DNA from: an uncultured bacterium
Lineage (GTDB): Bacteria; Cyanobacteriota; Vampirovibrionia; Gastranaerophilales; Gastranaerophilaceae
DNA: 64,000 bases
NCBI GenBank assembly: GCA_902489575.1
Contig: CABUAQ010000001.1
Location: 146-64,145, forward strand
Direction of reading: 5' to 3'
Shown: positions 9,037 through 19,027 of the stretch, piece after piece
Position numbering within the stretch: position 1 is the stretch's first letter
Layout: each line of letters begins with the position of its first letter
Translations under genes and position numbers: made by a program
The notes under the pieces: generated by a model
The model's input: only the letters and a program-made list of their open reading frames with translations
What the model was told of the DNA's origin: nothing
Databases searched by the model: none

Positions 9037-9885
9037 TTAGTCTTTTTGAAGTATAACAACCCCGTCAGTAACAATTACGTTATTTTGAATTTCAGCAGTT
9101 TTAACCATAACTCTGGCTTCTTTATCTGCATAAATATTAACAGAAAAATCTAACGGATTCAGGTAATTTAAAATAAAATCAATCTTCTTCAAATCAAGTT
9201 TTATTTTTCCGGAAACTATTTTAGTATTACTAAAGTCAATTTTACCATTTTTAACATTCAAATCTGCCTGAAGAACCATTTTTTGTTCATGTCTTAAAAA
9301 TGGAACATTAAAGCCTACAATATAATAGAACTTGTTACTTTTAATGGCGACATTTGTAGAGGAAATTTGAAGACCTCCGCCATAAGATGCACCAATTTTA
9401 TTTAACTCGCTAATAACTTTTTGATATCTGCCATGCTTCATTGTTTTGTTAATGGAATCCTGAGTCATTGTAATATTAAATGCCATCGGCATATCCTCAA
9501 CAAACACGACACTGCTGCCTGATTTTTTAATGTAGTTAAAATCACACAGAGTTTTTAAATCTAATGATGTTAAATGAATATCATTTACAACAATGTCATT
9601 ACCTTTAACATGAGCCGATTTAAAAATACCTCTGCCTAAATCAACAGGACTGTAAGAATCTATATCAACTTCTAAATCTTCTGAAGAGATAGTTTTAAGA
9701 ATTTCTTTTTTTATTACAGATTCGACATATTTTTCATTTATAGAATTAACACCTGTAACCGCACTCATAAAAGTTACAAATTTATTATTTAAATTATACG
9801 GAGCAACACATTCGTACTCACATGCAGCCATAGCAGCATTATTCACGGCTAATAACATTCCAAGTAATAAACAAATCTTTTTCAT
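9037..9885 (-). CDS. Secreted or lipoprotein-like hypothetical protein (possibly DUF2993/LmeA-like)
   Basis: Signal peptide MKKICLLLGMLLAVNNAAMAAC. 282 aa. Overlaps the truB stop by 4 nt, so probably cotranscribed. Family guess is weak. Confidence 0.4.
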   Translation of the reverse strand: MKKICLLLGMLLAVNNAAMAACEYECVAPYNLNNKFVTFMSAVTGVNSINEKYVESVIKKEILKTISSEDLEVDIDSYSPVDLGRGIFKSAHVKGNDIVVNDIHLTSLDLKTLCDFNYIKKSGSSVVFVEDMPMAFNITMTQDSINKTMKHGRYQKVISELNKIGASYGGGLQISSTNVAIKSNKFYYIVGFNVPFLRHEQKMVLQADLNVKNGKIDFSNTKIVSGKIKLDLKKIDFILNYLNPLDFSVNIYADKEARVMVKTAEIQNNVIVTDGVVILQKD

Positions 9886-10769
9886 AACACCTCTAATAAT
9901 TTTTTGACCAAAATTTTATTTTGCTCTACCATACCTATAGCATATATTCTACCACTATAAACTAAAAAAACAATATCTGAATTTTTAAAATTTTTACATT
10001 CAATCCCCATCCCATGCAAAACTCGTTCTCTTTCTACATCAGAAAGATAATGAACAGGCAAATTCATAACAGATAAAGGGTTTATTAAACTTGCCCTAAT
10101 ATTTGAAATATCAGCAATCCTCTCCAGCCGGATTGAATCTTCCACCAAGAACTTCCCTGCCCTTGTGCGCTCAAGAGCAGTCAAATACCCGCCACATTGC
10201 AATTTTTGTCCCAGATCATAAGCAATTGAGCGGATATATGTACCTTTGGAGCATGCCACAGCCAGCTTTGCGCACTGCTGTTCAGAATCAAAATCTACCA
10301 ATTTCAGCTTTGAAATAAAAACTTTACGCGGCACTATTTTAACATCTTCACCCTTTCTTGCATATTCGTACAATTTTTTACCATTTACTTTTATTGCAGA
10401 ATATACAGGAGGAAGCTGCATAATTTCACCTCTGAAATTGTCAAGGATATTTTCGACCTCATCCTGAGTAACTTTTTTATCAAAAGCTGCTGTAACTTCT
10501 CCATCCAGATCGTAAGTGTCTGTATTTTTTCCGAATTGAACCGTTGCAAGATACTCTTTATCATCCTCCAAATACTCAATAAGACGGGTTGCCTTACCAA
10601 TACAAACAGGTAAAACTCCTGTTGCAAAAGGATCTAAAGTTCCTGTATGCCCTATTTGTTTAACTTTAGTAACACGACGAAGCTTTGCAACAACGTCATG
10701 AGATGTTATTCCTTTAGGTTTATATATATTCAAAAATCCAAAGGGTAAACTTCCAGTATCTAAAACCAT
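9882..10769 (-). CDS. truB: tRNA pseudouridine(55) synthase
   Basis: Motif 'GHTGTLDPFATGVLPVCIGKATR'. 295 aa. Sits in the rbfA-truB context. Confidence 0.92.
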   Translation of the reverse strand: MVLDTGSLPFGFLNIYKPKGITSHDVVAKLRRVTKVKQIGHTGTLDPFATGVLPVCIGKATRLIEYLEDDKEYLATVQFGKNTDTYDLDGEVTAAFDKKVTQDEVENILDNFRGEIMQLPPVYSAIKVNGKKLYEYARKGEDVKIVPRKVFISKLKLVDFDSEQQCAKLAVACSKGTYIRSIAYDLGQKLQCGGYLTALERTRAGKFLVEDSIRLERIADISNIRASLINPLSVMNLPVHYLSDVERERVLHGMGIECKNFKNSDIVFLVYSGRIYAIGMVEQNKILVKKLLEVL

Positions 10770-10780
10770 TTACCCTCCAG

Positions 10781-11125
10781 TTAAAGTTCACCTCTTGATA
10801 TTTTATTTATCAATTCAGTTACCCTCGCACCTTCTTCAAGACCGTTTGAATAAACAAATCTCAATTCCGGAGTTAAGCGTAATCTAAGCATTTTACCAAC
10901 ATGGTAGCGAATATTTGGAGTACTTTTTTCAATAACAGACTTTGTTTTTTCAATCTGTTCTTCTGAACCCAAAACACTATATATAACTTTTGCAAAAGAA
11001 TTGTCATGTGCAACTTCTACATCAATAATCGAGACAACACCTTCTAACCCTCTAATTTCTTTTCTCAAAATCTCAGAGATATCGCGCATCAACTCTTTTC
11101 TAACTCTTTCATTTCGTAATGTCAT
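10781..11125 (-). CDS. rbfA: Ribosome-binding factor A
   Basis: 114 aa, 'RNERVRKELMRDISEILRKEI...' RbfA-type N-terminus. Position between infB and truB. Confidence 0.88.
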   Translation of the reverse strand: MTLRNERVRKELMRDISEILRKEIRGLEGVVSIIDVEVAHDNSFAKVIYSVLGSEEQIEKTKSVIEKSTPNIRYHVGKMLRLRLTPELRFVYSNGLEEGARVTELINKISRGEL

Positions 11126-11216
11126 AAATTTCTCCTTAGTAAAAAAATTATAACATAAAATATCTAAAACTCACCGCCCGATCGGCTTCTATTAAAGCCA
11201 ATTAATATAAATAAAT

Positions 11217-11468
11217 TTAAACAGTTTTATCTACCCGCTCAAAAATTTTCTTATACTCCGGATCAAGTTTTGGAAAAAGCTCAAAAAACATCTGTTTTAA
11301 GCTTTCAAACACTGAAACTTTTTTACTTTCTTTAATAATCAACTTATCCATAACAACCTGCTTATCATTCCAACAATCAACAATAAGCTTATTCTTTGGA
11401 ACTTTTGCTTGAAACGTAACAGTATTAACCTTTTGGCAGAATGGTTGAACAGAAGTTATCACACACAC
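11217..11468 (-). CDS. Hypothetical protein between infB and rbfA
   Basis: 83-aa ORF with a GTG start 3 nt after the infB stop; the exact start is uncertain. No motif recognised, and it does not look like DUF503/YlxP. Confidence 0.4.
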   Translation of the reverse strand: MCVITSVQPFCQKVNTVTFQAKVPKNKLIVDCWNDKQVVMDKLIIKESKKVSVFESLKQMFFELFPKLDPEYKKIFERVDKTV

Positions 11469-11471
11469 CCC

Positions 11472-14021
11472 CTACAAAGATTTACGTTCAACTTCTTCAG
11501 TTGTTGAAACCTCGATGATATCCCCTTCCTGAATATCATTGAATTTACTGAATGAAATACCACACTCAAAACCTTGTGCAACTTCTTTTACATCATCCTT
11601 GAAACGTTTTAACTGGTCAATTGCACCGCGGAATATTTCCTCACCGTTACGAACAAGAACGGCATCTTTTGAACGAACAATTTTACCTTCTAATACATAA
11701 CAACCTGCAATTTTGTTTGTTTTACCAATTGTGAATACCTGACGAACTTCAGCTTTACCCAAAGCAACTTCTTTTACTTCAGGTTCAAGAAGTGATAACA
11801 ATGTTTTTTCTACATCTTCCAACAATTGATAAATAATATCATATTTCTTGATTGTTACACCTTCTTTTTCAGCCGAAGCCATTGCATTTGAGTCTTCTTT
11901 TACTGTAAAGCCCAAAATCAAAGCATTAGACGCTGAAGCAAGCATTACATCGGCTTCTGATATATCACCAACTCCAACGTGAATAATTTTTGTAGTAATT
12001 TCTTTTGATTCAACCTGAGCAATCGCCTGGGCTACAGCCTCCGCAGAACCATGTGTATTTGCTTTGATAATCAGGTTTAATTGAGGAATAGCATCATCAC
12101 CTGCAACAGCTTCTTTTCTAATATGAGCAGGAAGCATAGCCTCTAACCTCTTATCGCGTTCTTTTTCTTTGCGATCTGCAATAATGGCTTTCATTTCTTT
12201 TTCATTTTTTACTACTTCAAAGTAATCACCCGCCTGAGGAACCTCTGACAAACCTAAAATTTCAACCGGAGTAGATGGTTCTGCTTTTTGAATTCTCTCA
12301 CCGCTATCTGATAACAATGCACGAATTCTGCCGCAAGCTGTACCGACAACAATACAATTACCTGCACGAAGTGTACCGTTTTGAACCAATAACGTTGCAA
12401 CAGGACCTTTACCTTTATCTAAATTTGCCTCAATAACAACACCTGAAGCTTCGGCTTTAGGATTGGCTTTTAAATCCTGAACATCAGCAACAAGCAGGAT
12501 GTATTCCAACAACTCATCGATACCTGTACCTTGCAAAGCTGAAACTCTGACAGTAATAGTATCACCGCCCCAGTCTTCCGGAACAAGCCCGTGTTCTGTT
12601 AATTGTTGTAATACTTTATCCGGATTTGCTCCCGGTTTATCAATCTTATTAACCGCAACAATAATAGGGATATCTGCGGCCTTTGCATGGTTAATTGCTT
12701 CAATTGTTTGAGGCATAATACCATCATCTGCAGCTACAACAAGAATCGCAATATCTGTAGCTTTAGCACCACGTGCTCTCATTTCGGTAAATGCTTCGTG
12801 CCCGGGAGTGTCCAGAAATACAATTTTCTTATCGTTATTATCTCCTAAATAAACAGTATAAGCCCCGATAGACTGGGTTATACCACCAACTTCCGTTGAT
12901 ACAATCTTGTGTTTTGACGCTCTTATACTATCAAGCAATGTAGTTTTACCGTGGTCTACGTGACCCATAATACTAATGACAGGAGCACGTTTTTTCAATA
13001 ACTTTTTATCTACTTCTGTTAAAGCTTTTGCTTTTTCTTCTTTTTCAAGCTCTTGTTCAATATAAGCATCCAAATCTTCATCAAGAACTTCTAAACCATA
13101 TTCAGCACAAACTTTCTTTATTACATCAACGTCAATAAGCTGGTTAACCGTAGCCATAACTCCATTTAACATAAGGAATTTAACAATTTCGGCAGGAGTT
13201 TTTTTAATTTTTTCCGATAATTCAGAAATTGTCATAGCCTGATTAACAACAATTTGTGTAACTTCTTCAACGGCTTCAACTTTTTGAACCTTTTTCTTAT
13301 GGTGCTGAGCAGCAGCTTTTTCTAAAGAAATCCTTTCCTGTTCTTCTTTTTTAGAAAATTCTTTATCTTTCTTTTTACCATCTGTTCTGCGTTTGGAATT
13401 TGAAGCCGCAGCACCTTTATTATCGTATATTTCCTGAGGTATTATACGACGCTGCAGAGGCTTTTTAGCACCATAATCGCCCTCAGTTACAGGCCTTTCT
13501 GATTTGGAGAACTTACGTTCTGCGCCCTGTCCTTTTTCTCCGCGCGGCTGAAATTTTCTATCCTCCCCTTGAGGATTTTTACCAAAAGGTTTTCTTGCCG
13601 GACGTTCAGATTTTTCAGAACTATCAGCAGGTTGTACAGCTTTTTTAGGAGCACGTCTTACAATTTCTAAACGGCTAACCGGTTTTACAACCTCAACTTT
13701 TGGACGTTCAATCTTCTCTATTTTTACCGGGGATTCAACATCAACAGTTTTGGATGAATTCTTTGGCTCAGCTTCTTCTTCATTTCTTATTTCAGCATCA
13801 GAAGGTTTTGCTTTTTTTACAACAAAAGCTTTGGGTTTTGCAGCTTTTTTTACTCCGCCGTTTGCAATAAACTCTTTTAAGCGGTTAATCTGATCAATAG
13901 TAACAGTACTTGAATGAGTTTTACCTGTTATCCCCATCTGGGCAAACTTTTCAACAACTTCTTTACTTTGAAGCCCAAGTTCTTTTGCTAATTCACTTAT
14001 TCTAATTGTTTCGTAACTCAT
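11472..14021 (-). CDS. infB: Translation initiation factor IF-2
   Basis: 849 aa. G-domain motifs '[12 protein letters not shown]', 'DTPGHEAF', 'NKID'. Charged low-complexity N-terminal region typical of IF-2. Confidence 0.97.
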   Translation of the reverse strand: MSYETIRISELAKELGLQSKEVVEKFAQMGITGKTHSSTVTIDQINRLKEFIANGGVKKAAKPKAFVVKKAKPSDAEIRNEEEAEPKNSSKTVDVESPVKIEKIERPKVEVVKPVSRLEIVRRAPKKAVQPADSSEKSERPARKPFGKNPQGEDRKFQPRGEKGQGAERKFSKSERPVTEGDYGAKKPLQRRIIPQEIYDNKGAAASNSKRRTDGKKKDKEFSKKEEQERISLEKAAAQHHKKKVQKVEAVEEVTQIVVNQAMTISELSEKIKKTPAEIVKFLMLNGVMATVNQLIDVDVIKKVCAEYGLEVLDEDLDAYIEQELEKEEKAKALTEVDKKLLKKRAPVISIMGHVDHGKTTLLDSIRASKHKIVSTEVGGITQSIGAYTVYLGDNNDKKIVFLDTPGHEAFTEMRARGAKATDIAILVVAADDGIMPQTIEAINHAKAADIPIIVAVNKIDKPGANPDKVLQQLTEHGLVPEDWGGDTITVRVSALQGTGIDELLEYILLVADVQDLKANPKAEASGVVIEANLDKGKGPVATLLVQNGTLRAGNCIVVGTACGRIRALLSDSGERIQKAEPSTPVEILGLSEVPQAGDYFEVVKNEKEMKAIIADRKEKERDKRLEAMLPAHIRKEAVAGDDAIPQLNLIIKANTHGSAEAVAQAIAQVESKEITTKIIHVGVGDISEADVMLASASNALILGFTVKEDSNAMASAEKEGVTIKKYDIIYQLLEDVEKTLLSLLEPEVKEVALGKAEVRQVFTIGKTNKIAGCYVLEGKIVRSKDAVLVRNGEEIFRGAIDQLKRFKDDVKEVAQGFECGISFSKFNDIQEGDIIEVSTTEEVERKSL

Positions 14022-14259
14022 CTAATAACTGTCCTTTCAATTCGCTTTGTATAGAGGTTTTTAAATACTTTGCCAGCTTATTCTTTTTAAAAGCTGTTTC
14101 TATACAAGATTTATTATAGCAAAGATATGCAGATCTGCCAAATATATCGGAATTCGGATTTATAATGACTTTTGAGCTCTTGCTGTCAGCCGTAATTTTT
14201 ATCAATTCCTGCCTGTCTTTCACCTGCCAACAACTAACACAACGTCTTTCTGCCACCAA
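14002..14259 (-). CDS. ylxR: YlxR/DUF448 family RNA-binding protein
   Basis: 85 aa, 'RRCVSCWQVKDRQELIKI...GRSAYLC'. Immediately upstream of infB and overlapping it by 20 nt. Confidence 0.85.
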   Translation of the reverse strand: MVAERRCVSCWQVKDRQELIKITADSKSSKVIINPNSDIFGRSAYLCYNKSCIETAFKKNKLAKYLKTSIQSELKGQLLDELRNN

Positions 14260-14269
14260 TATTTGCCCC

Positions 14270-15352
14270 TTAGCCTACCTGTGCTAATTTTTCCAGTTTC
14301 AACTTCTGGTCATACTCAACCAGCAAGTCAATAAGTTCATCCAACTCACCATCAATAACAGTCCAAACATTAAGATTATGATTTAACCTGTGATCAGTTA
14401 GACGACCTTGAGGAAAATTATAAGTCCTAATACGTTCTGATCTGTCACCTGAACCGACTTGAGAACGTCTTAAATCAGTTATTTCTTTAGTTTGCTTTTG
14501 AACTTCCATATCATAAAGTTTTGCCTTAAGAATTTCTAAAGCCCGCTCTTTGTTTTGAAGTTGAGAACGTTCTTCAGTACAGAAAATCATAATTCCTGTA
14601 GGTTTGTGGAATACCCTTGCAGCAGTTTCAACTTTATTAACATTTTGACCGCCGGCACCGCCAGATCTTGCTGTTGTTATTTCAACATCATTCATATTAA
14701 GGTTAACCTCAACATCATCAACCTGAGGCATAACAGCAACTGTTGCAGTTGATGTATGAACCCTGCCCTGTGATTCAGTTGCAGGAACCCTTTGAACTCT
14801 GTGAACACCGGATTCATATTTCAAGCGAGAGTATATACTGTCACCCTTCATTGAAATAATTACTTCAGAAACACCGCCTGCTTCACAATCAGTTTTACTC
14901 AAGATTTGAGTCTGCCAGCCCATTTTATCAGCGTAACGCAAATACATACGCATCAAATCTCCAGCAAAAATATTTGCTTCATCCCCACCGGCACCGCCAC
15001 GGATTTCAAGCATGATATCTTTATCATCCATCGGATCCCGAGGCAGAAGGAGGACTTTCATTCTTTCTTCAAAACCCGGGAGTTTTGCTTCATTTTCCTC
15101 CATTTCTGCCTTCAAAAACTTGCGCATCTCTTCATCTTTTTCTTCATGAAGCATTTGCTTTGCATCTTCTATAGCCTCTGTTGTTTCTTTCCATTCATAA
15201 TAAAGATTAACGGTTTCTTCCATTGATTTACGCTGTTTTGACAAATCTCTGAAACGATTATAATCTTGAATCACAGCAGGATCTGAAAGAGTTTCGCCAA
15301 GCTCTTTATATTTCTTTTCTATTTGTAAAATTTTATCTAACATATCTTTCAT
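14270..15352 (-). CDS. prfA: Peptide chain release factor 1
   Basis: '[12 protein letters not shown]' (PxT tripeptide type = RF1) and '[15 protein letters not shown]' (GGQ). The track ORF starts at a TTG (15394); I start at ATG 15352 ([15 protein letters not shown]). Confidence 0.93.
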   Translation of the reverse strand: MKDMLDKILQIEKKYKELGETLSDPAVIQDYNRFRDLSKQRKSMEETVNLYYEWKETTEAIEDAKQMLHEEKDEEMRKFLKAEMEENEAKLPGFEERMKVLLLPRDPMDDKDIMLEIRGGAGGDEANIFAGDLMRMYLRYADKMGWQTQILSKTDCEAGGVSEVIISMKGDSIYSRLKYESGVHRVQRVPATESQGRVHTSTATVAVMPQVDDVEVNLNMNDVEITTARSGGAGGQNVNKVETAARVFHKPTGIMIFCTEERSQLQNKERALEILKAKLYDMEVQKQTKEITDLRRSQVGSGDRSERIRTYNFPQGRLTDHRLNHNLNVWTVIDGELDELIDLLVEYDQKLKLEKLAQVG

Positions 15353-15422
15353 ACCTGCATAATAACAGGAACATGAAAATTTTACAAACTTCAACAGCTA
15401 TAATGATTATTATATAGTCAAA

Positions 15423-16213
15423 TTATCTATATAAAGAGTCCCAATAACCTTTTGTCTGATCATCCGGATTTTTATCTTTCTTTGCCCAATCATAACAACC
15501 TCGTCCATTATATCGAGATTCGTCTTTATTGTTACAAAGGTTGTTCCAACCACCTGTGGTATAAATAAATAAATCATATCCATATCTGTCTGGACCATTG
15601 TGTGGCCCGTTTGTATCAAAAGTAAACGTTATACCATCGTAAACACCATGATAAAAGTAGGTTATAGAAGTAACAGAAGCTCCACTTTGTAATAAATACA
15701 TCCTGGGCTTATCAACTGTTCTATATTCCATTCCATATACATTTGCATAAGGTAATACTCTTTTAGTGCCTTTGAAATTTGTTACAAACTTTCTCTTCTT
15801 CATCTTATTATACAAATAATCCCAAGTAAGCGGAGTCGCACCTGCAAACTGACTTGCCCAAACGGAATTCACAACACTAAAATATTCTTTATTTTTATCC
15901 CAAGGCTCATTTCGTCTTGCATTAAAATCTGCAAAACTATCAACTGAGAATTCTTCAGATGTCATTTTCATGGCTTGCTGCAATACCGCGTCCATTTTAG
16001 TAAAAGCAATCTTCAATGATTTTCGTTGATAATTATGATACATAATTGGAATAATTATAGCTGCGACAACACCGATAATTCCCAAAGTGATCAAGGTCTC
16101 AGCAAGGGTAAACGCCTGTTTCTTCTTTTTAAACCCGTAAAAAACATTTACGAATAAACTCTTTAAAAGGCTACCCCCCCCCCGAAATTAAAGCTATGAC
16201 TGTGTTTTAACAT
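15423..16213 (-). pseudogene. Type IV pilin-like gene B, frameshifted at a G10 tract as assembled (candidate phase-variable, OFF state)
   Basis: SD AAAGGAGGA plus ATG 16213 opens MLKHSHSFNF, then G10 (16183-16174), then GGGVAF and stop at 16165-16163. The pilin body (..KKKKQA|FTLAETLITLGIIGVVAAIIIP.. to 15423) is open only with G11 or G8. No ATG/GTG/TTG lies between the tract and the FTLAE motif in that frame. Confidence 0.8.
16174..16183 (-). repeat. Homopolymer G10 on the coding strand (C10 on plus)
   Basis: Direct read: 'ggcta cccccccccc gaaatt'. Ten C at 16174-16183. Confidence 0.95.
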
Positions 16214-16231
16214 TTTACATTTCCTCCTTTA

Positions 16232-17152
16232 TTAGTATAATTTATGCCTGCTTTGCAAACGCAATTGAGCAATTTCTTCTCTTATTTCATCAGACTTATT
16301 TGCCAGCCTGTTATACACCTGCGAATTTATTTCCCCTCCAATTAACAGTAAAATTGATGTATAATACAACCAGATCATTAAAATAAAAAATGCACCGATT
16401 GTTCCATATACCAGGTTGTAAGTACTCAAATTATTAACATAAATGGAAAACCCCCACGAACCAACTAACCATAAAGTTGTAAAAAACACCGTTCCCGGCA
16501 GCGCGCTTTTTCGCTTAAAAGCCTCATTTCCCCGCAAATCCGGCAAAATATAATAACTTAAAAATGCCATCACATACAACGCTAAAAACGCGACCGGCCA
16601 GCGAAGTGTCAAAATAGTTATCGCAACCCCCTTTGACATATTAAAATGTGCAACCAAAAACATTACAATAACTTTACCAAAAATAATAATGTTAATAGTC
16701 AAAAATAATACTAAAATATTTACAAAAACCATTAGAAAAGAAAGAATCCTTGTGTAAAGAAAACTTCTGGTTTCTTCAACTTTATAGGCTCTGTTCAAAC
16801 CCTTCAATACAACTGCAACTCCATTTGTTGAAAGCACAAGAGTCGTAATAATACCAATAATCGCTAATAATTGGCCGTGATCAAATATCATAGTTTCAGC
16901 AAGGACTGATTTCAGCAAATTCATAGCCTGTGTCGGCATAATATTTGATAAAACCCTCAAAATTGAATCAAGGTAAGATTTATTACCCATCCAGCCAAAT
17001 ACCGCCATCAAAAACAACATAAACGGGAAAATCCCTACAACAAGCATAAAACCCATTTCAGCAGCCATTCCATAAAAATCATTTTTAATAATTGATTTGA
17101 TAAGCTTCACAAGTGCTCTTATATATTTGTTTTTGATAAGTTTCTTTAACAT
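16232..17152 (-). CDS. YihY/BrkB-family membrane protein
   Basis: 306 aa, 6 or more TM segments, with family-typical 'YGxxGAxxxxMxWLY' near the C-terminus (YGTIGAFFILMIWLYYTS). Confidence 0.75.
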   Translation of the reverse strand: MLKKLIKNKYIRALVKLIKSIIKNDFYGMAAEMGFMLVVGIFPFMLFLMAVFGWMGNKSYLDSILRVLSNIMPTQAMNLLKSVLAETMIFDHGQLLAIIGIITTLVLSTNGVAVVLKGLNRAYKVEETRSFLYTRILSFLMVFVNILVLFLTINIIIFGKVIVMFLVAHFNMSKGVAITILTLRWPVAFLALYVMAFLSYYILPDLRGNEAFKRKSALPGTVFFTTLWLVGSWGFSIYVNNLSTYNLVYGTIGAFFILMIWLYYTSILLLIGGEINSQVYNRLANKSDEIREEIAQLRLQSRHKLY

Positions 17153-18117
17153 AAGCCTTTTGTCTTAATCTCTTTTAATATTTGCAACACCGCTTTTTCA
17201 GGACTCGCTTTAATCAATGCACCGGCAGCAAGTTTATGCCCCCCGCCGCCAAAAGCAGAACAAACTTGTGCTATATCTTTTGTTTTGCTTCGCATAGAAA
17301 CCTTTGAAGTTCCCGAACTAAGTTCCTTTACAACAAATGCTATTTCTGTACTTACAATAGCTCTTAATTTTTCAGTAAGTCCGTCTGTGAAATCTTCACC
17401 CTTATTATTGAACTTTTCCAAATCTTTTTTATAGACAATAGTGTAAGCTACTTTATCATCACAATCAAATTGAGCTTTACTTATGCAATAACTCTGGAAT
17501 AAAACCATGTCCTTAGAATTAGATTCATAACACTTCTGGTAAATTTCAGAAGGCGAAACTCCCAAATCAATTAAAATTCCTGCAAAATCCATTGTTCGTT
17601 TGGACGTGTTAGAAAATTTAAAACATCCTGTATCCGTCACTATTCCGGTATATAAACAGATTGCAGTATCATACGAAATCTTCCACCCCAAATCAAGAGC
17701 AAGCCCGACCAGAACTTCTGATGTGGCAGACGCTTTAGCATCAACAAGATTGATATCAGCATAGCCGTTATTTGTTTCATGGTGATCAATATTAATTGTC
17801 ATTTTGGCTTTTTTAAATAAACTCTGAACCTCGGCACATCTGTCAAGTGCGGCAACATCAAGATTTATAACTAAATCATATTCCCTTGATAGGTCATACT
17901 CATTTATATGTCTGGATTGTAAAACATATGGCAGAAAATTGTACGTAACAGGGACTTCTGACACCGTAACCATATCACACTTTTTTTTATAATTATCTTT
18001 TATTAAGGAATACAAACCGCACATCGACCCTAAAGTGTCTCCATCAGGATTTATGTGCGATACTAATAATATATTTTTAGAACTCTTTATGCTAATATCA
18101 ATTTGTTCTGCCACCAT
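17146..18117 (-). CDS. nrnA: DHH/DHHA1 phosphoesterase (NrnA-like oligoribonuclease / pAp phosphatase)
   Basis: 'HINPDGDTLGS', 'NIDHHETN' (DHH) and 'FGGGGHKLAAG' (DHHA1 GGGH). 323 aa. Confidence 0.85.
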   Translation of the reverse strand: MVAEQIDISIKSSKNILLVSHINPDGDTLGSMCGLYSLIKDNYKKKCDMVTVSEVPVTYNFLPYVLQSRHINEYDLSREYDLVINLDVAALDRCAEVQSLFKKAKMTINIDHHETNNGYADINLVDAKASATSEVLVGLALDLGWKISYDTAICLYTGIVTDTGCFKFSNTSKRTMDFAGILIDLGVSPSEIYQKCYESNSKDMVLFQSYCISKAQFDCDDKVAYTIVYKKDLEKFNNKGEDFTDGLTEKLRAIVSTEIAFVVKELSSGTSKVSMRSKTKDIAQVCSAFGGGGHKLAAGALIKASPEKAVLQILKEIKTKGLC

Positions 18118-18156
18118 TTTCTGATTTTAGCACAAAAAACTTTTGATACAAAACTT

Positions 18157-18501
18157 ATGAAAAAAATTTTATACACAAGATTTCAAAATATAGACGATAT
18201 TATTGCTGATTTAATGAAAAATGCAGCAATTAGAAAAGCTTTAACCCGTGCAAACTTATGTAAATTCTGGTCAAAAGTCGCAGGTGAAAAATTTGCCCAA
18301 AACTCAAAACCCTATTCAATGATTAAAGGCTCTATTATGGTTATTGCTTGCAAAACTCCGGTTGTAGCACAGGAACTTATGCTCAGAAAAACTCAACTGC
18401 TCGTAAAATTCAAACCCTATGTGGAATCGTTAAATATGAAACTGACAGATTTGAAATTTGATGCTAAAAAATGGATCGATGAAATTGAAGGAGAAAAATA
18501 A
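18157..18501 (+). CDS. DUF721 (DciA-like) protein
   Basis: 'LCKFWSKVAGEKFAQNSKPYSMIKGSIMVIACKTPVVAQELMLRKTQLL' matches the DUF721 pattern (W..ivG..la..s.p..l..g.L.v). Start moved from the track TTG to ATG 18157. Confidence 0.65.
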   Translation: MKKILYTRFQNIDDIIADLMKNAAIRKALTRANLCKFWSKVAGEKFAQNSKPYSMIKGSIMVIACKTPVVAQELMLRKTQLLVKFKPYVESLNMKLTDLKFDAKKWIDEIEGEK

Positions 18502-18593
18502 AACGAAAAAATTATTGCCGCTAAAAATTCACTATTCCTGCCTGATGGAAAATGATTTAAAACCGGTTTTTGGTTATGTATATAAAGATTAAA

Positions 18594-19025
18594 TCAATTT
18601 CTTATATTATAAAAGAAATCTTTTATTAGTTTATCACATTCAGATTCCATGATACCACCATATACAGCAGGCTTTCCACATTGCGATAGGTCTCTCAAAT
18701 CGATTTTTGAACAGAATGCTCCATAATTCACATCATAACTGCCAAAATATACAGCTTTCAATCTGGATTGCAAAATTGCCCATCCACACATAGGACAAGG
18801 TTCTAAGGTTACATAAATTTCACACCCTTCAAGCCTCCAGTTATTCAAAAATTTTTCAGCCTTACGAATTGCAATAATTTCAGCATGAGAAGTTATATCG
18901 TTATCTTTTTCTCGTGTATTGCAAGCCGTAGCAATAATTTTACCATCTTTCACAATAACCGCACCGACAGGAACATCCCCGTCAGATTTTTTGGCTGCAT
19001 CTATAGCAGCTGTCATAAATTCCAT
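18594..19025 (-). CDS. tadA: tRNA adenosine(34) deaminase
   Basis: CDA zinc motifs 'HAEIIAI' and 'PCPMCGWAI'. 143 aa. Confidence 0.9.
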   Translation of the reverse strand: MEFMTAAIDAAKKSDGDVPVGAVIVKDGKIIATACNTREKDNDITSHAEIIAIRKAEKFLNNWRLEGCEIYVTLEPCPMCGWAILQSRLKAVYFGSYDVNYGAFCSKIDLRDLSQCGKPAVYGGIMESECDKLIKDFFYNIRN

Positions 19026-19027
19026 CC

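Noticed and set aside
12499-12711. Other short internal or antisense ORFs. Examples: 12499..12711, 14555..14752, 14906..15226, 10103..10627, 23108..23363, 25383..25643, 26500..26851, 29844..30152, 32317..32556, 32831..33159, 35346..35576, 38231..38419, 38886..39194, 42490..43087, 45346..45747, 52055..52812, 54110..54394, 59472..60086, 60486..60711, 61368..61786, 61958..62270, 62727..63029, 63641..63862, 638..838, 1195..1578, 2001..2237, 2586..2792, 7841..8090, 15410..15619, 21842..22309, 41184..41435, 44593..44946, 46649..46969, 58699..58905, 59222..59461, 62451..62645
   Set aside because: Each overlaps a longer ORF with recognisable domain content or paralogy. None has a convincing SD or start context. 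All are treated as frame shadows typical of AT-rich DNA.
15353-15394. N-terminal extensions in the ORF track that begin at TTG/GTG (also 14..49, 2230..2253, 18103..18156, 21433..21489, 26230..26250, 41471..41482, 45286..45306, 53370..53402)
   Set aside because: A downstream ATG with a better SD and an N-terminus matching the family consensus exists in each case. The extensions add implausible residues. Start choices remain predictions.
17230-17245. C6 run in nrnA as a further slippage tract
   Set aside because: It encodes the conserved DHHA1 'GGGGH' motif (the antisense of GGN codons) in frame. It is only 6 nt long and has no frame problem.
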